A DNA stretch of 64,000 nt from a bacterium (GTDB lineage: Bacteria; Acidobacteriota; Thermoanaerobaculia; Multivoradales; J023). Below the pieces are notes generated by a model. The model did no database searches. It had not been told where the DNA came from and saw only the letters and a list, made by a program, of their open reading frames with translations. Location: contig JAAELT010000305.1 of assembly GCA_024226315.1 (NCBI GenBank), forward strand, positions 18,304-82,303, read 5' to 3'. The translations under genes and the position numbers were made by a program. Shown here piece after piece: positions 8,611 to 17,314 of the stretch (position 1 is its first letter; each line of letters begins with the position of its first letter).

Positions 8611-9888
8611 ATGCCCGACGAACCCACCACCACTCCAGTACCGCCTGGCCAACGCACCGGCAACGCGTTCCCGCGCTTCGGAGCGGCCTTCAGGCCGGTG
8701 CCGGAGGTGCCGGGCGAACCGCGGCTGCGGATCACCGGGGCGGTGGAGGAGACGGGCGAGATCGGGCTCGGTGAGCTAGCGGCGCTGCCACGGCGCGAAC
8801 AGGTGAGCAACCTCCACTGCGTGACGACGTGGACGAAGCGGGATCTCCGGTGGAGCGGCTGGCGGCTGGCCGACCTCTATCGCCGGTTGATCGTGCCCCG
8901 CTTTCGGCCGACGCCGGAGGCGCGCTGGCTGGTGCTCTACGGGCTCGACGGCTACCGCTGCAGCCTGCTGCTCGAAGACGCGCTCGAGGGCGGCGTGCTG
9001 GTGGCCGACGAGCTCGACGGCGAGCCGCTGTCGCCCTACCACGGCGCGCCGCTGCGAGTGGTCAGCCCGCGGCAGTATGCCTACAAGAGCATGAAGCACC
9101 TGAGCGGCATCGCGCTACGCGCCGAGCCGGCGCGGCCGCCTCTCGGCCTGGAGCACCGGCGCGGACGGGTGGCGCTCCAGGAGCGACACGCGAGCCTCCC
9201 GGCCTGGCTGGTGCGCCTGCCCTACCGCGCACTGATCGGACCCACGGCCTACCTCCAGGGGCGTGGCCTCGGCAGCCATCATCTCGCCGGCCGGCCGACG
9301 CTGCTCGACGAGGTGATGCCGCAGGCAACGTCGCGCCGGAGGCGCGCCAACGGAACACAGCATCACGAGCTGCATCACCTGTGGCTCGACGCTTCGCCGG
9401 CCGCAGCCTACCGGGCGCTGGGCGAGGTCACCGGCCGCGAGATCCGCCTGCTCATGCCCCTGATGGCCTTGCGGCAGCTGCCGGCGCTCCTGACCGGGCG
9501 CGCAAGGCGCGGCGACCGCGAGATGCCGATCTTCGAAGCGATCGAACGCGGCGGTTTCGCCCGCATCGCCGAAGACCCGGGGCGCGAGATGGTCTTCGGC
9601 GTGGTGGGGCGCTTCTGGAAGCTCACCCGCAATACGCCGATCGAGACAGTGCGCGACCTCGACGGTTTCACGTCCTTCGACCGGCCAGGCTCCGCCCGGG
9701 CGGCGATGAGCTTCCTGGTGCGCGCTGAGGGCCGTGGCTGCCGCCTGATCACCGAGACCCGGATCGACACCACCGACGCTCGCGCCGCCCGCAGCTTCCG
9801 CCGCTACTGGCGTATCGTGCGGCCCGGCAGCGGCTTGATCCGCCGCAGCTGGCTGGCTGCGGTCCGCCGCCGCCTGGCGCGCGAGTAG
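8611..9888 (+). CDS. Molybdopterin-dependent oxidoreductase domain protein (sulfite-oxidase/YedY-like) with ~170-aa C-terminal uncharacterized domain
   Basis: Oxidored_molyb-like stretch LRITGAVEE...HCVTTWTKRDLRWSGW...YHGAPLRVVSPRQYAYKSMKHL. Start chosen at ATG 8611; the track ORF starts at 8482, inside the hipB promoter region. Confidence 0.7.
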   Translation: MPDEPTTTPVPPGQRTGNAFPRFGAAFRPVPEVPGEPRLRITGAVEETGEIGLGELAALPRREQVSNLHCVTTWTKRDLRWSGWRLADLYRRLIVPRFRPTPEARWLVLYGLDGYRCSLLLEDALEGGVLVADELDGEPLSPYHGAPLRVVSPRQYAYKSMKHLSGIALRAEPARPPLGLEHRRGRVALQERHASLPAWLVRLPYRALIGPTAYLQGRGLGSHHLAGRPTLLDEVMPQATSRRRRANGTQHHELHHLWLDASPAAAYRALGEVTGREIRLLMPLMALRQLPALLTGRARRGDREMPIFEAIERGGFARIAEDPGREMVFGVVGRFWKLTRNTPIETVRDLDGFTSFDRPGSARAAMSFLVRAEGRGCRLITETRIDTTDARAARSFRRYWRIVRPGSGLIRRSWLAAVRRRLARE

Positions 9889-9915
9889 GAGCCCGTTGCG
9901 CATGGCAACGGGCTC
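9889..9915. terminator. GC hairpin (11-bp stem) between convergent genes; possible bidirectional terminator
   Basis: gagcccgttgcg-catg-gcaacgggctc lies directly after the stop at 9888. No clear U-tract on either strand. Confidence 0.4.
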
Positions 9916-9977
9916 CTGGCTCGGTGGGGACGGGTCGAAAACCGAATGTCGAAGACTTCGGGTTCTCGAGGCGTTAG

Positions 9978-11828
9978 CTATTGGTCATTGCCGTCCGGGC
10001 AGATGATGCCGCCGATGCTGATCCAGACGGTGGCGGTGTCCGAGCCCCCCGGTTTGTCGCAGACCGTATAGGGGAACGAGTCGAGGCCGACCGCGCAGCC
10101 ATCGGGCGGGGTGTAAGTGACCGCCGTCTTGCCGTTGGGCGCCAGGGTCCCGTACTGGGGAGACCCGGTGGCGCAGACACTGATCGGATCGCCGTCGGGA
10201 TCGACGTCGTTGGCCAGCAAGGTCGCGAACGGGATGTCGATCTTGGTCTCCCACAGGGTGGAAAACCAGTCGTCTGTCGCCATCGGATCCGTGTTCGGCT
10301 GCACGATCTCGACCTTTTCGAACCACACGTCGGGATCGTTATGGCCGTCCTGGACGTTGCGGTCGTCGGACCACTGCACCAGGGCGTCCTCGCCGGCTTG
10401 AATCTGCTGATCGTAGTCTCCGTGATAGCACTGCAACTCGACGAAGAGCGGCGAAGAGACGTCGGACACGCGCACGCTGGGCTCCCAGGTGTCGCCGCCG
10501 TCGAACGAGGTCCGCTGGTAGTAGTCGAACATCAGGTTGCCGGGATCGAGCCGGCGGTCGTACCAGGTGGCCACCACCGTCGTGCCTCCCTGGCCCGTGC
10601 TCAAGGTCGGGAACCACTGATCGTTCGAGGTGGCGTCGTCGTTGAGCCGGACCTCGGGCTGCCAGCTCGCCCCGCCGTTGGTCGACCGGCGGTAGTAGAC
10701 GTCGGCGACGTCGCCGACGTCGAAGCCGTCCGGGTCGTACATGTAGACCACGTGCAACGTACCGTTGTCCGCCACCGCGATCTGCGGCGACGCCAGCACG
10801 CGGATGTTGCCCTCGAGCGCCGGCCGGCCGCAGGTGGCTGAGGCGGCCGAATCCCTGGGCAGAACCTGCCCGGTCATCGGGTTGGCCATCTGGGTGAAGC
10901 TCGCGCCGCCGTTGATCGAGCGCGCGACTTCGACGTCGATCGGACCGAAGCGCCAGTCGACCCAGCGCAGCCAGGCGACGTAGAGATCGCCGTTGGGGGC
11001 GACCGCCGGCCAGGGGGATTGAACGTCGCCGGTGGTGGTGAGCTGCACCGCGGAGGACCAGGTCAAGCCGCCGTTGTCGGAGTAGTTGGCGAACAGCCGG
11101 CCGCTGGCCGCGAAGCCTTTCCAGACGACGTACAGCCGCCCGTAGTAGGGGCTCTCGGGATTGTTGTCGACGGCCAGGAACTCTTTGTCGTCGAGGGAGG
11201 AGACGTGGGTGTTGCCCCGGAAGGCAAAGGTCTGACAATCGTCGGTCGAGCGCCAGACGCCGAGACCGTTCGTTTCGAGAGCGGTGAAGTAGAAGCGGCC
11301 GTCGAGGCGACGCCACACCAGGCTGGGGTCGCCGAAGCTGTTGGCCCCCAGCGCGCCGCGGTCGTCGAACGATGCCCCGCCGTCGGTCGATCGGCTGAAG
11401 CCGGCATAGCCGTTGTCTTCGGCGAAGAAGTGCCAGGCGTCGTTGTAGCCCGAGCAGATGGTGCCGGTGGTCTCGTTGCGGGCGATCGAGGTCTCGTTCT
11501 GGAACTGGGAAAAGCCCTCTTCGCCGGTCGGGTCGTTGACCAGGACGTCGGTGGCGAGAACCTTGGCCGGCGGGGCCTCGCCGGAACCTTCGGGGCCGGG
11601 CGTCCAGAGCTCGTCCTCCCGTCCGCAGGCGATCAGCAGCTTGACGAGCAGACCGTCCATCGTGTCGCGCAGGTCGGGCTCGTCGAGCAGCGCGCAGGCG
11701 GCCGGGTCCACCGCCGCTTGCGCCAGCGCGGTGGTGCCCTGTGCGCCGGCGGCCGGAGCGGCGGGTATCGACGCGATTGCCACGGCAACGGCGGTCAGAA
11801 ACCGGAACTTCTCGAATGGGACTCTCAT
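9978..11828 (-). CDS. Secreted BNR/Asp-box repeat (sialidase-like beta-propeller) protein with C-terminal Ig-like region
   Basis: Signal peptide MRVPFEKFRFLTAVAVAIASIPAAPAAGAQG. Asp-boxes STDGGASF, SINGGASF, STNGGASW, SFDGGDTW. AGGAGG SD 7 nt upstream of ATG 11828. Confidence 0.8.
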   Translation of the reverse strand: MRVPFEKFRFLTAVAVAIASIPAAPAAGAQGTTALAQAAVDPAACALLDEPDLRDTMDGLLVKLLIACGREDELWTPGPEGSGEAPPAKVLATDVLVNDPTGEEGFSQFQNETSIARNETTGTICSGYNDAWHFFAEDNGYAGFSRSTDGGASFDDRGALGANSFGDPSLVWRRLDGRFYFTALETNGLGVWRSTDDCQTFAFRGNTHVSSLDDKEFLAVDNNPESPYYGRLYVVWKGFAASGRLFANYSDNGGLTWSSAVQLTTTGDVQSPWPAVAPNGDLYVAWLRWVDWRFGPIDVEVARSINGGASFTQMANPMTGQVLPRDSAASATCGRPALEGNIRVLASPQIAVADNGTLHVVYMYDPDGFDVGDVADVYYRRSTNGGASWQPEVRLNDDATSNDQWFPTLSTGQGGTTVVATWYDRRLDPGNLMFDYYQRTSFDGGDTWEPSVRVSDVSSPLFVELQCYHGDYDQQIQAGEDALVQWSDDRNVQDGHNDPDVWFEKVEIVQPNTDPMATDDWFSTLWETKIDIPFATLLANDVDPDGDPISVCATGSPQYGTLAPNGKTAVTYTPPDGCAVGLDSFPYTVCDKPGGSDTATVWISIGGIICPDGNDQ

Positions 11829-11994
11829 GTCGCAATCCTCCTGCAGTGGACGTCGGCCCTTCCGAGGGCCGGTCCGGGTGAGAGTCCGGTGGCGAGGCAA
11901 CCCTAGCATGTCCTGGCGCCGGCTGGAGCGATGACCTGCTGTCGATCCTCGCAGTCGCCCACCAGAAGCGGCGGCCGCGGACGATTCTCTCAGA

Positions 11995-13833
11995 CTACGA
12001 AACCCCCGGCACGGTGAAACAGATCGAACACCCCTGCCCCCGCCCCTCCGACTCGACCCACACCCGGCCGCCGTGCACCTCGATGATCCGGCGCACCGTG
12101 GCCAGGCCGATGCCGCTGCCGTCGCCGCCGGCGTCGAGCTGGCGAAAGAGGGTGAAGACCTCTTCCTGGTGCTCGGGCTCGATGCCGATGCCGTTGTCGC
12201 GCACGTAGCAGACCGGACCCTCGGGGTCTTCGCGCATCCCGATCTCGACGCGCGGCGCGGCCTGGTCGCCCATGTACTTGGCGGCGTTCTCGAGCAGGTT
12301 CTGGAGCACCTGCAGCAGGCGGGTGCGGTCGCCGAAGACCATCGGCAGATCGGGCGAGATGTCGACCTCGACCCCGCGCTCGTGGAGCGGGCCGGCCACC
12401 AGAACCTGGGCCTCGCGCGCCAGCCCGAGCAGGCGAACCTCGCGCGGCTCGCCGACGATCTGGCCGCTGCGCGCCACCTCCATGACGTCTTCGAGCAGCC
12501 GGTTCATGCTTTTCGCGGCCTGGCGGATCCGCCGGATGGGGATCTCCGTGCGGGACCTCTCGCCCGCGGCGACGCCGTCTTCGAGCAGGCCCAGATAGCC
12601 CGTGATGCCGGTGAGCGGGCTTCGCAGGTCGTGCGACACGGTGTAGGCGAAGCGCTCGGTCTCGGCGCTACGGGCCTCGAGCTCGCTCACCAGGCGCTCG
12701 CGCTCCTCGGACTTCTGGCGTTCGACCTCGAGCAGCATGCCGCGGGTCTGCTCGTACTTGTGCTGCCGGTGCAGCAGCTGGCCGAAGGCGACGAGGTAAA
12801 ACAGCACCACCAGGGAGCGCGGCCGATCGGCGGCGGCGTCGGGAAGACGGTAGAACTGATACACCAGATGGAGCACCGGCAGGAGGGCGGCGTAGAGCAG
12901 CAGGATGTTGGAGAAGGGGTACGCCAGCCGCTCGCGGATCAGCGCTTCCTCCGAGGCCTCGGCCACCTCGCCGCGGGGCAGGGCGTGGCGCAGGCGCGCG
13001 AAAACGACCAGGGGAAAGAGGTACACGTACCAGGGCGTGAAGTACAGCGGCGGGACCTCTTTCCAGGAGTACACGAACCACGAGCTGGGGTAGTAGCCCA
13101 GCAGATCGATCGCGTCGGTCACCGTGGTACAGGAAATCGTCAGGGCCAGAGCTCCGTAGAGCGTACGCCAGCGTGGATCCCGGGTGATGCGATGGACGTA
13201 GGCGATGCGGACCAGGAGCAACAGATCGATCGCTAGGTAGAGGCTCCCCGAGGGGACGAAGGTGATGTATTCCTCCGCCGAGACTGCGGTCGGAATCACG
13301 ATGTAGTAGACGGTGAGGCCGATGAAGAAGAACGCCGCTCCCTCGAGCTCGAACCGCCGCCGGGCTCGCCAGGCATGAAGGTGCTCGGGTGAGAAAACGC
13401 GGTGGGGATGGGTCTCGACGGCCGAGAGCAGAAAGAGGTAATACAGCACGTAGAGCGAGTCTTCGAGCAGTTGCCCCCACAACGTGAGATTGGCCTTGGG
13501 AAAAAAGACCCAGAACAGCATGGCGGCCAGCCAGCACGAAAAGGCATACGAGCAAAGCTCCCAGAAGCGGTGCTCGGCCGGCCTCTCGATCTTCCCCAAC
13601 CCGTGCCGCAAAGCCCAGACGGCGGCCACGAGCCCGATCAGGTTGCCTTCGTAGAAATCGATCAGCTCGAATCCCGCCGCCAGCGGCAGGGCGAAGAGCG
13701 CCACGGCTGCGAGTACCACGAGCGTGGCGGCCTGCAGGACCGGGTCGCCGCGGAAAGCGCGGACGAAGAGCGCCCGCGCGCCGGTGGCGGGGGTGGGGTC
13801 GGGCGTCATCGATAAGGATTTCGTTGTGGCCAC
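11995..13833 (-). CDS. Membrane sensor histidine kinase (polytopic N-terminal sensor, HisKA, HATPase_c)
   Basis: H-box FAYTVSHDLRSPL; N/G1/G2 boxes LLENAAKY, RDNGIGI, GSGIGL. No adjacent response regulator. Confidence 0.85.
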   Translation of the reverse strand: MATTKSLSMTPDPTPATGARALFVRAFRGDPVLQAATLVVLAAVALFALPLAAGFELIDFYEGNLIGLVAAVWALRHGLGKIERPAEHRFWELCSYAFSCWLAAMLFWVFFPKANLTLWGQLLEDSLYVLYYLFLLSAVETHPHRVFSPEHLHAWRARRRFELEGAAFFFIGLTVYYIVIPTAVSAEEYITFVPSGSLYLAIDLLLLVRIAYVHRITRDPRWRTLYGALALTISCTTVTDAIDLLGYYPSSWFVYSWKEVPPLYFTPWYVYLFPLVVFARLRHALPRGEVAEASEEALIRERLAYPFSNILLLYAALLPVLHLVYQFYRLPDAAADRPRSLVVLFYLVAFGQLLHRQHKYEQTRGMLLEVERQKSEERERLVSELEARSAETERFAYTVSHDLRSPLTGITGYLGLLEDGVAAGERSRTEIPIRRIRQAAKSMNRLLEDVMEVARSGQIVGEPREVRLLGLAREAQVLVAGPLHERGVEVDISPDLPMVFGDRTRLLQVLQNLLENAAKYMGDQAAPRVEIGMREDPEGPVCYVRDNGIGIEPEHQEEVFTLFRQLDAGGDGSGIGLATVRRIIEVHGGRVWVESEGRGQGCSICFTVPGVS

Positions 13834-13943
13834 GGCTTCGGATCCGGTTGCGAGATCGTTCCGGTCGCGAGACCAGTAGGGTGGCTAGAATCTGGTCTCG
13901 TTGCGGGCGATCGAGGTCGGGGCCGGCACCAGGATCGCGCGGC

Positions 13944-16900
13944 TCAGCCCAGCGCCCGCTCGATCAGCTCTTTCTGCTCTTTCTTGTGCGCCGCCGCCGA
14001 GCCGGTCGCCGGGCTCGCGGACGGTGAGCGGGTGACGCAGTCCAAGGGCCAGCGGCCGAAGGGCCGGCGGCCGAGGCGCAGCAGCAGGAAGCTCCAGGCG
14101 CCCATGTTGCGTGGCTCCTCCTGTACCCAGAAGACGGGGGTGTCGTCGGCGTAGGGTGCGAGCGCCGATTCCAGCGAGTCTTCGGACAGCGGATAGTACT
14201 GCTCGAGCCGCACGATCGCCACGTCCCGGCGCTCGCTCTCGCGGCGCTCTTTCTCGAGGTCGTAGTAGACCTTGCCGCTGGTCACGAGCACTCTTTTCAC
14301 GCCCGCCGGCTCGACCTCGGCGTCGGGGATGACGCGCTGGAAGCTGCCGCCGGCCAGCTCGTCGATCGTCGACACGGCGCGCGGGTGGCGTAGCAGGCTC
14401 TTGGGCGACATGACGATCAGCGGCTTGCGCCACGGCCGCAGCACCTGGCGGCGCAGGCAATGGAAGTACTGGGCCGGGGTGGTGAGGTTCACCACCTGGA
14501 TGTTGTCTTCCGCGGTGAGGTTGAGGTATCTCTCGAGCCGGGCGGACGAATGCTCCGGGCCCTGGCCCTCGAAGCCGTGCGGCAGCAGCATCACCATGCC
14601 GGAGAGGCGCCGCCACTTGTCCTCGCCCGAGGTGATGAACTGGTCGATGATCACCTGGGCGCAGTTCGAGAAGTCACCGAACTGAGCCTCCCACAGGCAT
14701 AGGCCGTCCGGCGTGTCCATGCTGTAGCCATACTCGAAGCCGACGACGCTGACCTCGGACAGCGGGCTGTCCCAGACATGGACCTCGGCCTGGACCTCGG
14801 CCAGGTGTTGCAGGGGCACGTGGAGGGCGCCGGTCTCGAAGTCGTAGAGCACCGCGTGACGGTGGCTGAAGGTGCCGCGGCCCGAGTCCTGGCCGCTGAA
14901 ACGAACCCGGGCACCTTCCGCCGCCAATGACGCCAGGGCCGCGGCCTCGGCGGCCCCCCAGTCGAGCGGCATCTCGCCGGCCGCCATCTTCTGCCGGTTG
15001 CCGAAGAAGCGGCGCAGCTTGCGGTGGACGTTGAAGTCCTCGGGGATGTCGGCACTCTTGCGCAACAGCTTCGCGAGCCGCTCTCTGTTCATCCCGGTCG
15101 CGACCTCCGGCACCTTGGCGTCGGCGCCGCCCACATAGCCTCGCCACAGGCCGCCCCCGGTCTTGACCATCATCGTGTAGGTGAGCTCGTCCTGGGTCTC
15201 CTGCGACTTGCTCAGCTCGTTTTCGAGATCCCGGGTGCGCTCCTCGCGGATCTTCTCCGCCTCCTCGCGGTCGACCCCTCCCAACTCCAGCATGTGCTCG
15301 AGGTAGCTCTCGCGCACCGTCTTGCGGTTGCGGATGACCTCGTAGAGCAGCGGCTGGGTGTAGGACGGCTCGTCGCCCTCGTTGTGGCCGTAGCGGCGGT
15401 AGCAGTACATGTCGATGATCACGTCCTGCTGGAACTCGCGCCGGTAGTCCATGGCGATGCGCACGACATGGGCGACGGCGTCCGGATCCTCGCCGTTGAC
15501 GTGGAAGACCGGCGTCTGGATCATGCGCGCGACGTCGGTGGCGTACTGGGTGGAGCGCCCCATCTCGGGCGAAGTGGTGAAACCGATCTGGTTGTTGACG
15601 ATCACGTGCAGCGTGCCGCCGGTACGGTAGCCCGGTAGGTTGGCCATGTTGAACAGCTCCTGGATCACGCCCTGCCCGGCGAAGGCGGCGTCGCCGTGCA
15701 CCAGGATGCCCAGGCAGCGCCGGTGCTCGGTGTCGCCGAAACGCTCCTGCTTGGCCCGCACTCGCCCCTGCAGCACCGGGTTGACGAATTCCAGGTGGCT
15801 GGGGTTGAAGCACAGCGAGAGGTGCATCTTTCGGCCGCCCTCGAGCTCACGGTCGGAGCTGAAGCCCAGGTGGTATTTGACGTCCCCGCCGCCGATCATC
15901 AGATCGGGGTCGTCGTCCGCGAACTCGCGGAAAACGTCGCGGGGACTCTTTCCCATGATGTTGACCAGCACGTTGAGCCGGCCGCGATGGGCCATGCCCA
16001 GAACCACCTCGTCGACCCCCTGGCCGGCGGCCTCCTCGAGCGCCAGGTCGAGCAGCGGGATCAGGGTCTCGGCCCCTTCGAGCGAGAACCGTTTGGCTCC
16101 CAGGAACTTCTTGTGGATGAACTGCTCGAACAGCTCGGCGTCGGTGAGCTTGGTGAGGATGCGCAGCTTCTCGTCGCGGTCGAGGCGGCGGTGGTGCTCG
16201 GAGTCCTCGACGCGGTTGATCAGCCAGTTCTTGGCGTGCACGTCGTCGATGTGCATGAACTGCACGCCGATCGAGCTGCAGTAAACCGCCTTGAGCAGAG
16301 CCAGGATATCGCGCAGGGTCAGCACGGTGGTACCGGCGATGGTGGTGGAGGAAAACAGGGAATCGAGGTCATTCTCGGACAGGCCCCAGTGCTCGAGCTC
16401 GAGCTCGGGGCTCGAGGTCCGGGTGCGACCGAGCGGGTCGAGCGATGCCAGCAGGTGACCTCTCACCCGGTAGGCGTGGATCAGCCGGTTGACTTTGTCC
16501 TGCCGCGAGCTGCGCTCGCGCAGGCGCGAGGTGAGCATCTGCAGGAAGCCGCGGTTGAGCACCGGCCGGCGCTCGAGCAGGCCCAGCAGATCGAAACGGT
16601 CGATCGACAGTGTCTTGACGTCGCCGCGGGCGACGACGTCGGCCGAGCGCGGCTGCGAGTCGAGCACCGACAGCTCGCCGAACACCTCACCCGCCTGCAG
16701 CATGGCCACGATCTGGTCCTTGCGCCGCACCAGCAGCTCGCCCTCGATCAGCAGGTAGAGGGAGGTGCCCTCGTCGGCCTCGCGGAACAGCACCTGGCCA
16801 CCCGAGAAGCGCTCTTCGACGGCGAGCAGCGCCACCGCCGCCACCTCCTCGGGCGGCAGGCCCCGGAACAGCTTGAGATCCTGCAGAAACTTCACCCGCT

Positions 16901-17276
16901 CGGCGGTTTTGCCGGTGACCGCCACCGGTGGACTGGCCAGCGCGGCAGTGACGGAGGTAGCCGCGCCGACAGATACGGGTCCTACGGCAGCCGCGACCGG
17001 TGGCGCGCCGGCCGCCGGGGCGCTGGCCGCCGGGGCGCCGGCCGGAAGAGCGCCGCTCGGTGGAGCCTCACTCGGCGGGTCGAAGATGCTCGACGCCGAG
17101 AAGCTCGGCCCATCGACCGAGCGCCGGGCCGCCCAGGCGTCACCGTCCTCCGAGGCCCAGCCCTCGAAGTATCGCCGCCAGTCTTCCTCGACCGAGGTCG
17201 GATCCTCGAGGAAGCTGGCGTAGAGCGCCTCGACAAAGGGAAGATTGCTTCCGGCTAGAGGATCGTCGCTGGGCAT
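13944..17276 (-). CDS. sucA: 2-oxoglutarate dehydrogenase E1 component with an inserted cyclic-nucleotide-binding (CAP-effector) domain
   Basis: Collinear with E. coli SucA (VNRLIHAYRVRGHLLASLDPLG, GAKRFSLEG, VVLGMAHRGRLNVL, GDVKYH). Residues ~128-256 form a complete cNMP-binding domain with phosphate-binding cassette FGELSVLDSQPRSADVVA. Confidence 0.85.
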   Translation of the reverse strand: MPSDDPLAGSNLPFVEALYASFLEDPTSVEEDWRRYFEGWASEDGDAWAARRSVDGPSFSASSIFDPPSEAPPSGALPAGAPAASAPAAGAPPVAAAVGPVSVGAATSVTAALASPPVAVTGKTAERVKFLQDLKLFRGLPPEEVAAVALLAVEERFSGGQVLFREADEGTSLYLLIEGELLVRRKDQIVAMLQAGEVFGELSVLDSQPRSADVVARGDVKTLSIDRFDLLGLLERRPVLNRGFLQMLTSRLRERSSRQDKVNRLIHAYRVRGHLLASLDPLGRTRTSSPELELEHWGLSENDLDSLFSSTTIAGTTVLTLRDILALLKAVYCSSIGVQFMHIDDVHAKNWLINRVEDSEHHRRLDRDEKLRILTKLTDAELFEQFIHKKFLGAKRFSLEGAETLIPLLDLALEEAAGQGVDEVVLGMAHRGRLNVLVNIMGKSPRDVFREFADDDPDLMIGGGDVKYHLGFSSDRELEGGRKMHLSLCFNPSHLEFVNPVLQGRVRAKQERFGDTEHRRCLGILVHGDAAFAGQGVIQELFNMANLPGYRTGGTLHVIVNNQIGFTTSPEMGRSTQYATDVARMIQTPVFHVNGEDPDAVAHVVRIAMDYRREFQQDVIIDMYCYRRYGHNEGDEPSYTQPLLYEVIRNRKTVRESYLEHMLELGGVDREEAEKIREERTRDLENELSKSQETQDELTYTMMVKTGGGLWRGYVGGADAKVPEVATGMNRERLAKLLRKSADIPEDFNVHRKLRRFFGNRQKMAAGEMPLDWGAAEAAALASLAAEGARVRFSGQDSGRGTFSHRHAVLYDFETGALHVPLQHLAEVQAEVHVWDSPLSEVSVVGFEYGYSMDTPDGLCLWEAQFGDFSNCAQVIIDQFITSGEDKWRRLSGMVMLLPHGFEGQGPEHSSARLERYLNLTAEDNIQVVNLTTPAQYFHCLRRQVLRPWRKPLIVMSPKSLLRHPRAVSTIDELAGGSFQRVIPDAEVEPAGVKRVLVTSGKVYYDLEKERRESERRDVAIVRLEQYYPLSEDSLESALAPYADDTPVFWVQEEPRNMGAWSFLLLRLGRRPFGRWPLDCVTRSPSASPATGSAAAHKKEQKELIERALG

Positions 17277-17314
17277 GGCCTGACTCCCAAGGGTCTATTC
17301 GAAAGGTTTTGATT

